Positions 11,055 through 20,824 of a stretch of DNA of 64,000 nt are shown here, piece by piece. The notes under the pieces are model-generated. The model made no database searches, had not been told where the DNA came from, and saw nothing but the letters and a program-made list of their open reading frames with translations. Position 1 is the first letter of the stretch, and every line of letters begins with the position of its first letter. The translations under genes were made by a program, and so were the position numbers. Source of the stretch: an uncultured delta proteobacterium (GTDB lineage: Bacteria; Myxococcota_A; UBA9160; UBA4427); contig CAWGJT010000007.1 of the NCBI GenBank assembly GCA_963822965.1, positions 45,865 through 109,864 on the forward strand, given 5' to 3'.

Positions 11055-11186
11055 CTGTGGACGCAACCCAGGGAGGCGCGTCCGCGGATACTCGCTTCCA
11101 GCGGCCGAAGTCCCCGGATCCCCCGATGCCGGGACCGGCAATCGCAAGGTAGCTTTCGGACTCTTCGTCGAGGAGCACAGCCTCTC

Positions 11187-11378
11187 ATGCCGCTCGTCCA
11201 ACTCGTCATCACGTTGATCGTGGTCGGAGTCCTTCTGTGGCTCGTCAACAGCTACGTGCCGATGGACTCGAAGATCAAGAGCATCCTGAACATCGTGGTG
11301 GTGATCGTCGTCGTGCTCTGGCTGCTGAGCGTCTTCGGCGTCCTTTCGGGGATCAGCGGGCTGCGGGTCGGGACGTAG
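11187..11378 (+). CDS. small membrane protein, Thivi_2564-like
   Basis: MPLVQLVITLIVVGVLLWLVNSYVPMDSKIKSILNIVVVIVVVLWLL; RBS GAGGAG. Confidence 0.8.
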   Translation: MPLVQLVITLIVVGVLLWLVNSYVPMDSKIKSILNIVVVIVVVLWLLSVFGVLSGISGLRVGT

Positions 11379-11872
11379 GCAGCCGCCCTGTCGGACGACC
11401 GGATCCGTGGGGGGCGTGGTGCTCGTCATCTTGGTCGTACTGGATCTTTGCTGGGCCGACCGTAGACGCTCGCAACCGAACGACGGGCGTCGATGCAGAC
11501 GAGGCGACGGACGCGCTTGGCGGACGCGTCGCGAATGCCGGGCGAATCGCAGAGACGCGCGTCCGAGGGAATCCACGATCTCCGGTTTCCGAATCCATGG
11601 ATCCAACGATTCCGGGCGCCTACCCGCTGCGGCTATCGTTTTGTTCCCCGAACGAACGGAATACAACGCGGACGGAGCAAGAGATGCCCGTAGGTACATC
11701 TTGGATGTTCTCGCCTCATCGCTGGAAGTCGGATCTCGCGCCGCCCAGGCCCGGCTTGTCCTTCCAGTCGGCGATGCCGGTGCCGACGGAGCTCGGACTT
11801 CTCGGCGGCGAGCTTCTCTTCACGCAGGTCACGCAGGCGACCCGACGTCGCCGACGAATCTAGTCGACTGCC

Positions 11873-12589
11873 GTGGAAGACCTCTCACTGGCAATCGTCG
11901 ACATCGCAGGCCTCCGTCTCGCTGAGTCTCCCGACCTGCAATCTACCGTCGTCACGAACCTCACCTGGCGTGTCACCTCGCAATCGCTGTACGCGGCGAC
12001 GAAGCGCACTCTCGACGTGACTCTGGCCTCCTTCGCGCTGTGTCTGCTTGGTCCGCTCCTGTTGCTGATCGCCGCGTTGATCAAGCTGGAGGACGGAGGC
12101 CCGGTTCTGTTCTCGCAGATGCGCGCGGGGCTCGGTGGGAGGGCGTTCCGGTTCTACAAGTTTCGCTCGATGTGCGCGGATGCCGAGATTCAGTGGGGCG
12201 CGCTGCGCGCCACGCAGGAGAGCGGCTCGCCACGCTTCAACAAGATGGCGCGCGACCCGCGCGTGACGCGCACTGGACGTTGGATCCGTCGGTTCAGTCT
12301 GGACGAAATCCCCCAGCTCTGGAACGTGGTCCTGGGCGACCTGTCCCTCGTAGGTCCGCGCCCGGCGTTGCTCGAGGAAGTGGCGGAGTACGAGCCCCAC
12401 CATCGTGGGCGCCTGGCCGTCGCCCAGGGTGTGACGTGCACTTGGCAGGTGGGTGGGCGCTCGTTGATCCCCTTCGAGCAGCAGGTCGAGTTGGATCTCG
12501 ACTACATCCGCACGCGGAGCCTGCTCCTCGACGTGCAAATCCTCCTCCGCACGGTGCCCGCGGTTCTGAGCGGGCGTGGCGCCCACTAG
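11873..12589 (+). CDS. bacterial sugar transferase (priming glycosyl-1-phosphate transferase catalytic domain)
   Basis: KRTLDV, YKFRSM, DPRVTRTG, SLDEIPQLWNV, SLVGPRP motifs. Confidence 0.9.
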   Translation: MEDLSLAIVDIAGLRLAESPDLQSTVVTNLTWRVTSQSLYAATKRTLDVTLASFALCLLGPLLLLIAALIKLEDGGPVLFSQMRAGLGGRAFRFYKFRSMCADAEIQWGALRATQESGSPRFNKMARDPRVTRTGRWIRRFSLDEIPQLWNVVLGDLSLVGPRPALLEEVAEYEPHHRGRLAVAQGVTCTWQVGGRSLIPFEQQVELDLDYIRTRSLLLDVQILLRTVPAVLSGRGAH

Positions 12590-12755
12590 GAGCCTGGCCA
12601 CGATCTGCGAATCAGCCCATTCGGTGCGTAGACTCCCTGGATCGCCGGATACCGACGACCTCTCTTTCGATGCAACATACGATCGAAGTGCTCCGCCGAA
12701 CCAACCATCGCGGCGGAGGCAGCGGCTCTCGCAGATGGATATCGAGGTAATACCA

Positions 12756-13100
12756 ATGAATCGGAAAGTCGGGAATGTTCTGATATTCGTTGCAGTGTGC
12801 GTGCTCTCTGCCGCCGTGCCGGCAGTCTGCATGGCTGGCGATACCAAGCCTCCCACTGCGATGGAAAAGACCGGGGACTACATCGGGGATTCGGCGCTCA
12901 CAGCCAAGGTCAAGACGGCACTTCTGGCCGAGAAAAATCTCAAGTCGCTCCCGATCGGCGTGGAGTCCACCGATGGCGTCGTCACGCTGTCCGGCGAAGT
13001 CGTGTCCTCTGCCCAGATCAAGCAGGCCGTGGATGTGGCGAAGCATGTCGACGGCGTGAGGGACGTGCACAATTCGCTCACGGTGGTGAAGAAGAAGTAG
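12756..13100 (+). CDS. single BON-domain protein
   Basis: Signal peptide then DSALTAKVKTALL...VESTDGVVTLSGEV. Confidence 0.9.
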   Translation: MNRKVGNVLIFVAVCVLSAAVPAVCMAGDTKPPTAMEKTGDYIGDSALTAKVKTALLAEKNLKSLPIGVESTDGVVTLSGEVVSSAQIKQAVDVAKHVDGVRDVHNSLTVVKKK

Positions 13101-13551
13101 GACGATCGCCGGAGCGGGCCGTCCCTGGCACTTAACGCCATGGACACCCTCCCCCATTATTTGCCCGCCCGGTGCTCTGCTGCTCAGCAGGACTCGAGAA
13201 ACGAGTCCTGCTGAGCAGCTGTCGTTTGTGGCGGCCGATGCGGATCTCCGGCCCCCGAGAGCTGCCCCGTCCCGCTTCCGACTTCGACCGGCCGAGTCGG
13301 CGCAAGCCCGGGGACCACCGCCTCGAATGCCCGGTTCACGCGCGCGATATACCGCGTTCCGAGGATTTCGGTCGTGGGCCAGGCGTGCGATCGTTGGTCC
13401 GTGGTCGGTGTGGGTCCGCGAAGGGCATGTGGATTCCATCGAGCTTCGAGCCTCGGCCTTGCGGAGAGCGCTGGCGACGAAGAGCGGCGAGGTGGGTCAC
13501 CTCAGCCGCTCTGGCGATTCGTGCCGAATTCATCCAGACGAGGAGACGACA

Positions 13552-13899
13552 ATGGAAGCGCAGGAGACCGCGATCACCCCCGGCCACGCTCATGGAACAC
13601 TCGAGCGTGCTGTCGATCATGCAACCGAGGGTGCGCATCACAAGATCGATGCGATGAGCAGTAGCGGGAAGCCGGCGGTCGATCGCATGGCAGCCAGTGC
13701 ACACGAGGCCGTAGACAAGGTCTCGAGTGTCGCCAGCCACGCGGTCGAGACGCTCGACGTGAAGGGCGAGCAGCTGCACGCGGCCGAGAAGCGGTTGGTT
13801 GCGGGTACACGTCAATACGTCAAGGAGCATCCGGTGACTTCGATCGGGATCGCGATTGCAACCGGGTACGTCCTCAGCCGCATCTTCGCATCTCGCTAG
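13552..13899 (+). CDS. ElaB/YqjD (DUF883)-like tail-anchored protein
   Basis: C-terminal YVKEHPVTSIGIAIATGYVLSRI. Confidence 0.8.
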   Translation: MEAQETAITPGHAHGTLERAVDHATEGAHHKIDAMSSSGKPAVDRMAASAHEAVDKVSSVASHAVETLDVKGEQLHAAEKRLVAGTRQYVKEHPVTSIGIAIATGYVLSRIFASR

Positions 13900-13910
13900 G
13901 ACCCCGCGGC

Positions 13911-14366
13911 ATGGGGACGGCAGACGGAACGAGCACGAGCATCTCCGAGGTGCGCAGCGATCCTGCCCCGCCCGCTTCCGGTCTGCTCGACGATGCTCTG
14001 TTGCTCACCCATGAGCTGCGCGCGACGCTGTGCGACCAGTTGTCCCTCGCGGGCTACGAGGCGCAACTGGCCGCACGGAGTCTGACCGCGATGGTCGCGG
14101 CTGCCGTCGGGATCGGAGTGCTGCTGGTTTCCGCCTGGTTGGGACTGATGGCCGCCGGAACCTTCGCACTGATCGACCTGGGGCTTGCGCCTGCCGTCGC
14201 CATGCTCATCGGGGCCGCGCTCAACCTGATTGCACTGCTCGTGCCCTATGAGATGATTCGCCGCAAGAGCCGCAATCTGGCCTTCCCTGCGACGCGTCGT
14301 ACGATGCAGCCGGCCTCACCGCGTGGCCATGAGAGCGACGGTAGCGACGAGAGAAGGGCCGCATGA
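13911..14366 (+). CDS. YqjE-like (holin-X family) membrane protein
   Basis: Two TM helices and FPATRR motif; follows the ElaB-like gene. Confidence 0.65.
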   Translation: MGTADGTSTSISEVRSDPAPPASGLLDDALLLTHELRATLCDQLSLAGYEAQLAARSLTAMVAAAVGIGVLLVSAWLGLMAAGTFALIDLGLAPAVAMLIGAALNLIALLVPYEMIRRKSRNLAFPATRRTMQPASPRGHESDGSDERRAA

Positions 14367-14710
14367 TCTGGAAGGAAGCCGCTGAAGCTCCGCCGCCTCT
14401 GCATCTCCGGATCCACGTAGTCGAGCAACGGCTCCTCGAACGTCGACAGCGCATCGGGAGGGTAGCGGCGAGCTTCGGACCGAAGGTTCGCGCTCGAATG
14501 GGCTCTCCCGAGATGCTCATCGCGGCAGTCGGGTTCGGTGTGTTCCTGCATCGGAGCAGACGTCTGAACAGAGTTCGCCGAGCCTGGTCGTTGGTGACCG
14601 TGCTCAACGCAGCCTATGCGAGCAGCTCAGTCGTGACGACCCTGTCGTCCTGGGTGGGCCATGCGCGCGCCACCCCGCCGAGCGCCGATCGTCCCCAGTC
14701 CCGGGGCTGA
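14363..14710 (+). CDS. hypothetical protein (YqjK-like position)
   Basis: ATGA overlap with the upstream gene; operon context. Confidence 0.5.
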   Translation: MIWKEAAEAPPPLHLRIHVVEQRLLERRQRIGRVAASFGPKVRARMGSPEMLIAAVGFGVFLHRSRRLNRVRRAWSLVTVLNAAYASSSVVTTLSSWVGHARATPPSADRPQSRG

Positions 14711-14744
14711 GGGCGGGGCGAGCCCCGGCAACACCAGGACAGAG

Positions 14745-15938
14745 ATGAAGGCATCCCCGATCTCCCTCCGCTTGGTCCTCGTGGGAGGAGCGACATTCGC
14801 ATTCATCCAATCGTTTTCCCTGCTGTCTCCCATTCTGCTGTCGCTCATTCTCGTTCTGCTGATTTCACTGGCAGTCAATCCCGCGATCGCGCCAATTCGA
14901 GCTCTGACCGGGGGTCGAAGGAGGGCGACGGCGCTGGCTGCGGCGACTCTGGTCGGGGTCGTTGCTTTGACGGGATGGGCGCTGCTCGGGCCGATGAAGG
15001 AGTCGGTCGCGAACCTCATGGAAGAGTTGCCAGGCTACTGGGAGCATCTGCAGAAGCCCCTGATCAAGATGGAGCAACAGGCCTTGCTCTCCGAGGGAAA
15101 GCTGCAGGCGGAAGTCAGCACCGAGATCTCTGAGGACGCCGCGGCGCTGGGTGCGCCCAAAAGTGCGCAACCCGCCACGAAACCGGCTCCGCCACAGACT
15201 ACCAATGAGCCGGCATACATTCGTTCCCGCTTGGGCCAGATGGCCCAGGACGTGGTCGGCAGCTTCTCGGCCCTGGCATTCAACGGAGCTCAAATGCTGC
15301 TCGTTCTGGTGACGGTGTTCTTCGGCGTGATCTTCACATTGATGGACCCCCGCCCGATTTTCGGAGCGATCTTCTCCCTGGTGCCCGAGCGCCATCATGG
15401 CCAGGCCGTGGTCATCATGGGGCGCATCGGGAAGTTCGTGCCCGGCTGGGCGGGGGCGACGCTACTCGGGATGGTGGCAATCGGCTCACTGGTCTTCCTG
15501 CTCATGTTGCCGATCTTCGGCTTCATGGACGCTCTGGGGCTGGGTTTGATCGCGGGCGTTCTGGAGGCGGTTCCGTTTCTGGGCCCGCTGCTCAGCGCGG
15601 TGCCCGCTCTCCTGATCGCTCTCGGCGAAGGAGGCATGACCATTCTCTGGGTCGTGCTTGCCTACATCGCAGTCCACGCCATCGAGAACAACGTGGTTCT
15701 GCCGTTCGTCATGGCGCGCGGCATGCGATTGCACCCGGTGGCGGTGATCTTCTCCACGCTACTGTGCGTCGCCGCCTTCGGCGTGTTGGGTGTTCTCGTC
15801 GCGGCCCCCCTGGTTGCGATCGTGAGCATCGTGCACGACGAGCTCTATCGGAAGCGGTTCCTTCCCACGACGACGGACGCCGATCTGGATCGTCTGGCTC
15901 GCGAGGCGCTGCACGAGGAGCGGCTCGTCGCCAGGTAA
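14745..15938 (+). CDS. AI-2E family transporter
   Basis: Multiple TM helices; VPFLGP and ENNVVLP...LHPVAVI motifs. Confidence 0.9.
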   Translation: MKASPISLRLVLVGGATFAFIQSFSLLSPILLSLILVLLISLAVNPAIAPIRALTGGRRRATALAAATLVGVVALTGWALLGPMKESVANLMEELPGYWEHLQKPLIKMEQQALLSEGKLQAEVSTEISEDAAALGAPKSAQPATKPAPPQTTNEPAYIRSRLGQMAQDVVGSFSALAFNGAQMLLVLVTVFFGVIFTLMDPRPIFGAIFSLVPERHHGQAVVIMGRIGKFVPGWAGATLLGMVAIGSLVFLLMLPIFGFMDALGLGLIAGVLEAVPFLGPLLSAVPALLIALGEGGMTILWVVLAYIAVHAIENNVVLPFVMARGMRLHPVAVIFSTLLCVAAFGVLGVLVAAPLVAIVSIVHDELYRKRFLPTTTDADLDRLAREALHEERLVAR

Positions 15939-16054
15939 CTGTGTCTCTTCGGTCTACGACGCTGGGGCGAAACGGGACGGTGTCGAATTGCGACGCGGAA
16001 CGCCGCGCATGGCCCAGGCGAGACTGCTATCGTCGAGTCGAACGCGCGAAGAAT

Positions 16055-16082
16055 GCAACGAGCAACGAGCAACGAGCAACGA
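16055..16082 (+). repeat. 7-bp tandem repeat GCAACGA x4
   Basis: Directly upstream of the GAGGAG RBS of the CsbD-like gene. Confidence 0.85.
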
Positions 16083-16094
16083 GAGGAGCAGACC

Positions 16095-16283
16095 ATGGCA
16101 AGCGGAAAAATCGATCAAGTGAAGGGACGCGTGAAGGAAGCGGCGGGCGTGCTGACCGGCGACGAGAAGCTGGAGCGCGAAGGAAAGGCAGATCAGTCTG
16201 CCGGCAAGCTCAAGGAGCGTGTCGAGAAGGTCAAGAAATCGGCCGACAAGGCCATCGATGACGTAAAGGACGCGCTCAGCTGA
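16095..16283 (+). CDS. CsbD family stress protein
   Basis: DQVKGRVKEAAGVLTGDEKLEREGKADQ. Confidence 0.9.
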   Translation: MASGKIDQVKGRVKEAAGVLTGDEKLEREGKADQSAGKLKERVEKVKKSADKAIDDVKDALS

Positions 16284-16391
16284 GTCTGCGTCGGGAAGAG
16301 CTTTTCGAAGTGCGAGCTGCCCGCCGTCGGGTGGCTCGCCAGCGTTGGTGGATCCACCAACGGAACTGCGCGGCGGGTGGAGGGGGTACGA

Positions 16392-16544
16392 ATGCTCGAG
16401 ACCATCGCGATTGTCCTGATCGTCTTGTGGTTGGTTGGGCTACTCAGCTCCTACACGATGGGTGGACTGATCCACGTCCTTCTGGTGATCGCGCTCATCG
16501 TGATCGTGGTTCGCGTGATCCAGGGCCGGAGGCCTGTGGGATGA
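16392..16544 (+). CDS. lmo0937-like small membrane protein
   Basis: MLETIAIVLIVLWLVGLLSSYTMGGLIHVLLVIALIVIVVRVIQGRRPVG*; GGAGG RBS. Not in the ORF track. Confidence 0.8.
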   Translation: MLETIAIVLIVLWLVGLLSSYTMGGLIHVLLVIALIVIVVRVIQGRRPVG

Positions 16545-16666
16545 CGAGATGACCTGCGGGCGCTCTCGCCCCGAGACGAGTCCGGCCTCGAGGAGCCGAC
16601 AGATCTCGTCGACGTCGGGATGATTCGGCGTGTAGCAGACCACGTGTCTCGGGACGCGCAGCACGC

Positions 16667-18178
16667 TCACTCGCGCGCGTCGAGCTGGCCGCTCGCGATC
16701 CGCTCCACGAGCAGCGTCCGCTGCACTTGTCCCGTGGCGGCGGTGCGCGGCAGCGCGTCGACGCAGACGAGGCGGCGCGGCTTCTTGAACCCGGCGAGCC
16801 GCCCCTCGCCGTGGGCGTGCAGCGCGGCCAGGCTCGGCACCTCGCCGTCGCGCGGGACCACCACCGCGCACACGACCTCGCCCCACTCCGAGTCGGGGAC
16901 GCCGACGATCGAGATCTCCGCCACCCCGGGCGCGTCGGACAGCACGCCCTCGACCTCCGCCGGCGAGACGCTCTCGCCGCCCGTGCGGATGATCTCCTTC
17001 TTGCGGCCCACGATCGAGAGACAGCCGTCGGCGTCGAGGGCGCCGAGGTCGCCGGTGTGGAACCAACCTTCGGCCAACGCCGCGGCGGTGGCCTCGTCGT
17101 CGTCGAAGTAGCCGCTCATCAGGTAGGGGCTGCGCACCAGGATCTCACCCTCGTCGGACAGCCGCAGGTCCACGTAAGGCGATGCGGGGCCGACGCTCCC
17201 GGGCTTCGAGAGTACGTCGGCGTCCGACAACATCGTCGCCGACCCGACCTCCGTCGACCCGTAGTAGATGCGCGTCCTCGTCCCGGGGAAGCGTTCCTTC
17301 AAGGCGCGGATCAGCTCGATGGGCGTGGCCGACGTGCCGGTGTCGAGCTCGCGCAGGCTCGAGAGGTCCCAGCGGCCCGTGTCCTCGGCGAGGATGCGGC
17401 TCCACACGAGCGGGATCCCGTAGAAGCGGTTCGCGCGATGGCGCTCGATTGCGTCGAGCAGGGCTGCGGACGTCGCCGTCTCGACGAAGACGATCTCACC
17501 GCGCGTCTGCCAGGCGGCGAGGGCGAGGGTGAAGGCCGCCATGTGGAAGAGCGGGAACATGCAGACCGAGATCTCCGGCTCGTCGCGGAAGACGCCCTGA
17601 AAGCCGCGCAGCCAGTTCGCGCGATGCGAGAGGACGACGCCCTTCGGCCGGCCGGTGCTGCCACTCGTGAAGAAGATGACGTGGGGATCGTCCTCACCCA
17701 GCGCCGGCTCGTCGGGCGCGGCGCCGCACGCCGGCAGCCTGGCCGGGTCGAGGACGAGACCGACGTCGCCCCCCGGCAGTGACGCGACGGCGGGGATGCC
17801 GCAGGCATCGGCGACGGCCGAGGCAACGCCCGCGCGCTCGGCGTCGACCACGAGCAGCGAGCCGCGAGCCAGGCGCCCGACGTCCGCCGCCTCGTTGGCG
17901 CCCAGGCGCGCATTCAGCGGCGCGAAGACCGCGCCGAGCTTCGCGAGCGCCACGAAGACCGGCAGCACGTCGAGCGAGGTGTCGGCCCAGGTCACGACGC
18001 GGTCGCCGTGGCCGATCCCCCGCTCGCGCAGGGCCCAGGCGACCCGGTTGCCAGCGTCGTCGAGCGCGCGGTGGGTGAACATGCGGCCGCCCAGCGCCGC
18101 GGCCGGGCGTTCCGGCACCGCCTCGGCGTTGCGCCGGAAGATCTCACCCACCAGCAGGGCCTGGCCGGGCTCGCTCAT
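16667..18178 (-). CDS. AMP-dependent acyl-CoA synthetase
   Basis: FFTSGSTGRPKG, YGSTE, WFHTGD, GRKKEII motifs. Confidence 0.92.
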   Translation of the reverse strand: MSEPGQALLVGEIFRRNAEAVPERPAAALGGRMFTHRALDDAGNRVAWALRERGIGHGDRVVTWADTSLDVLPVFVALAKLGAVFAPLNARLGANEAADVGRLARGSLLVVDAERAGVASAVADACGIPAVASLPGGDVGLVLDPARLPACGAAPDEPALGEDDPHVIFFTSGSTGRPKGVVLSHRANWLRGFQGVFRDEPEISVCMFPLFHMAAFTLALAAWQTRGEIVFVETATSAALLDAIERHRANRFYGIPLVWSRILAEDTGRWDLSSLRELDTGTSATPIELIRALKERFPGTRTRIYYGSTEVGSATMLSDADVLSKPGSVGPASPYVDLRLSDEGEILVRSPYLMSGYFDDDEATAAALAEGWFHTGDLGALDADGCLSIVGRKKEIIRTGGESVSPAEVEGVLSDAPGVAEISIVGVPDSEWGEVVCAVVVPRDGEVPSLAALHAHGEGRLAGFKKPRRLVCVDALPRTAATGQVQRTLLVERIASGQLDARE

Positions 18179-18230
18179 CGGGCTCCTCGGGTGGTTGCCA
18201 TCACGCCTCGATCAGAATAACGTTCCTGAA

Positions 18231-18914
18231 ATGGGGAACAACGTTCTCACAGAAAAAACGAAGACATCCGTCGTCGCTGCGGCGACCGTGGAGCGGAGCC
18301 TATCGGCCCGCCGCGCCGCCGCCGAGGCCGAGGTTGGACGTCTGGTGGCTGCCTCCCTCGCGGTCATCGAGCGCACCGGCTGCCTCGAGCCGCGGGTCAG
18401 CGAGATCGTGCGCGAGGCCGGCCTCTCGAACCAGGCCTTCTACCGCCACTTCCGCAGCAAGCACGAGCTGCTCGTGGCGGTGCTCGACCACGGCGTCGAG
18501 ATCCTCGCCGGCTACCTCGCGCATCGCATGGAGCGGGTCGACACGCCCGCGGCCCGGGTGCGCGAGTGGCTGCGGGGCATCCTCGCGCAGGCCGTCGACC
18601 CCCGCGGCGCCGAGGCCACGAGGCCCTTCGTGCTCTCGCGCGGTCGGCTCGCCGAGGCGTTCCCCGACGAGGTCGCCGCCTCGGAGCGGCGTGTGACCGA
18701 GCTGCTGCACCGGCCCCTGGCCGAGGGCGCGGCTTCGGGCGCGCTTCGAGCGGGCGATCCGGAGCGGGACGCCGCGGCGCTCTACTGGCTCGCGATGGGA
18801 TTCGTGCAGGCACAGCTCGCCCGCGGCAGGGCGCCGAGCGAGCGCGACGCCGCGGCGCTCGAGGCCTTCGCCCTCGCCGGCGTCGGCGTCCCTGGAGGCG
18901 AGCTTGGAGCGTGA
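18231..18914 (+). CDS. TetR/AcrR family regulator
   Basis: HTH RVSEIVREAGLSNQAFYRHFRSKHELL. Confidence 0.88.
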   Translation: MGNNVLTEKTKTSVVAAATVERSLSARRAAAEAEVGRLVAASLAVIERTGCLEPRVSEIVREAGLSNQAFYRHFRSKHELLVAVLDHGVEILAGYLAHRMERVDTPAARVREWLRGILAQAVDPRGAEATRPFVLSRGRLAEAFPDEVAASERRVTELLHRPLAEGAASGALRAGDPERDAAALYWLAMGFVQAQLARGRAPSERDAAALEAFALAGVGVPGGELGA

Positions 18915-19488
18915 GGTCCTGATGTCCGGGGTCGGCGGCCAGGGCGTGCAGCTCGCCGCGAGCATCCTCGCCGAGGCCGCCACCGCCGAGGGCCGTCACG
19001 TCCTGTCGCTCGGGACCTACGGCGGCACCATGCGCGGCGGAAATACCGACTCGACCGTCATCGTCGCCGACGCGCCGGTCGAATCGCCCCCGGTCGTCTC
19101 GCGTTGCTGGGCCGCGCTCGTCATGCACCCCCGCTTCGCGGCCCCGACCTGCGCGAAGCTGCGGCGCGGCGGGCTCGCCTTCGTCGACGCCGACGTCCAT
19201 GCCACCGCCGGCGTCGAGCTCTCGCTGGGCGGCGCGAGCCGCGTCGACGTGCCGGCGCAGACCCTGGCGCGCGAGGCCGGAGCGCCGCGCGCGGGCTCGC
19301 TCGTGCTGCTCGGCGCCCTCTGTGGCGCCACCGGTCTCGTCCGGCTCGACGCGCTGGTCGCCGCCATGGAGTCGGTCGTGCCGAGCTACCGCCGCCAGCA
19401 CGTCGAGGCGAACGCGCGCGCGCTGGCTGCCGGCCACGGCGCCGTCGCGGCGGGGCGTTCGCCCGCCTGGCAGGAGGCCGCAGCGTGA
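18904..19488 (+). CDS. 2-oxoacid:ferredoxin oxidoreductase gamma subunit
   Basis: GVGGQGV, YGGTMRGG motifs. Confidence 0.88.
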   Translation: MEREVLMSGVGGQGVQLAASILAEAATAEGRHVLSLGTYGGTMRGGNTDSTVIVADAPVESPPVVSRCWAALVMHPRFAAPTCAKLRRGGLAFVDADVHATAGVELSLGGASRVDVPAQTLAREAGAPRAGSLVLLGALCGATGLVRLDALVAAMESVVPSYRRQHVEANARALAAGHGAVAAGRSPAWQEAAA

Positions 19489-19736
19489 GCGGTGTGAAGA
19501 CGACCGGCACCGTCGTGATCGAAACCGAGCGCTGCAAGGGCTGCGAGCTCTGCATCCCCGCGTGCCCGCCCGCGGTGCTGCGCATGGCGAGCGATCGCAA
19601 CGACTCGGGCTACGCCTACCCCGAGCTCCTGCCGGGCTGCACCGGCTGCGGTGCCTGCCTGTTGGTGTGCCCCGATTTCTGCTTCGAAGTCTGGCGCTAC
19701 GACGAGCCGCGCATGCTCGAAGGAGGCGTCGCGTGA
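19485..19736 (+). CDS. 2x[4Fe-4S] ferredoxin (delta subunit)
   Basis: CKGCELCIPACP and CTGCGACLLVCPD. Confidence 0.9.
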   Translation: MSGVKTTGTVVIETERCKGCELCIPACPPAVLRMASDRNDSGYAYPELLPGCTGCGACLLVCPDFCFEVWRYDEPRMLEGGVA

Positions 19737-20824
19737 GCGGGCGTCGTCTCATGGAGGGCTCCGAGGCGATCGCCGAGGCCGCGATCGCGGCGGGCTGCCG
19801 CTTCTTCGCGGGCTACCCGATGACGCCCTTCACCGAGCTGCTCGAGCACCTCGCGCGACGCCTCCCGGAGGAGGGCGGCACCTGCATCAACGCCGAGAGC
19901 GAGATCGAGGCCGTCGGCATGGCCTGGGGCGCGGCCGCCACCGGCGCGCGCGCCGCCACGGGCTCGACGGGGCAGGGCCTCTCGCTCATGCAGGAGTCGC
20001 TCTCGGAGATCACGCGCGCCGAGATTCCGCTCGTGGTGTTCAACATGGCTCGGGGCCAGGGCGACTACTTCCAGGCCACGCGGGGTGGCGGTCACGGCGA
20101 CTACCGCCACCTCGTGCTCGCGCCGATCGACGCGGCCGAGGCCGTCGTGCTGACGCAGCTCGCCTTCGACCTCGCCGACCGATGGCGTCACCCGGTGCTC
20201 GTGATGGGAGACTACCTGCTCGCCCACACGAGCGAGGCCGTCGTGATCGAGCGGCTCGCCTTCGACCCGCAGCCGCCCAAGGACTGGGCGGTGGACGGCT
20301 CCCTCGGAGGCACCGGGCGTTCGCGCAACCTGAACCCGATCGGCATGGAGAAGGGCAGCAAGGGCATCGACCCCGATCGCTTCTGGCGGCGGCTGCAGGG
20401 CAAGCAGGGCCGCATCGAGGCGGCCGAGCCGCGCCACGAGACGTTCGCCACCGACGACGCCGAGGTCGTGGTCGTCGCCTACGGGACGATGGCGCGCTTC
20501 GCGCGGCACGCCGTCCGCGAGCTGCGTGCCGAGGGCGTGCGCGTCGGCTTGTTCCGCCCGATCACGCTGTGGCCGTTCCCCGCCGCGGCGCTCGACGCGT
20601 GCACGCGCGTCGCGTCGCGCGTCGCGTGCCTCGAGCAGAACGCAGGGCAGATGATCGAGGACGTGCGCCTCGCATTGCTGGGCCGTGTGCCCGTCGATGC
20701 GATCGGCGGGATCTCCACCGACGCCGCCGGCTTCGGGATGGGCCCGCTCCTCGACGCCGCCGTCGTGCGCAGTCGCATCGAGGCGGCGGTCGAGGGCCGG
20801 CCCCTGGAAGGAGGCGTCGGTTGA
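19733..20824 (+). CDS. 2-oxoacid:ferredoxin oxidoreductase alpha subunit (VorB-like)
   Basis: FFAGYPMTP, AESEIEA, QGDYFQATRGGGHG motifs. Confidence 0.9.
   Translation: MSGRRLMEGSEAIAEAAIAAGCRFFAGYPMTPFTELLEHLARRLPEEGGTCINAESEIEAVGMAWGAAATGARAATGSTGQGLSLMQESLSEITRAEIPLVVFNMARGQGDYFQATRGGGHGDYRHLVLAPIDAAEAVVLTQLAFDLADRWRHPVLVMGDYLLAHTSEAVVIERLAFDPQPPKDWAVDGSLGGTGRSRNLNPIGMEKGSKGIDPDRFWRRLQGKQGRIEAAEPRHETFATDDAEVVVVAYGTMARFARHAVRELRAEGVRVGLFRPITLWPFPAAALDACTRVASRVACLEQNAGQMIEDVRLALLGRVPVDAIGGISTDAAGFGMGPLLDAAVVRSRIEAAVEGRPLEGGVG

Noticed and set aside
18218..18248. TetR operator in the divergent promoter region
   Set aside because: Only a 5-bp inverted repeat (GTTCC/GGAAC) and two AACGTTC copies; plausible but too weak to call.
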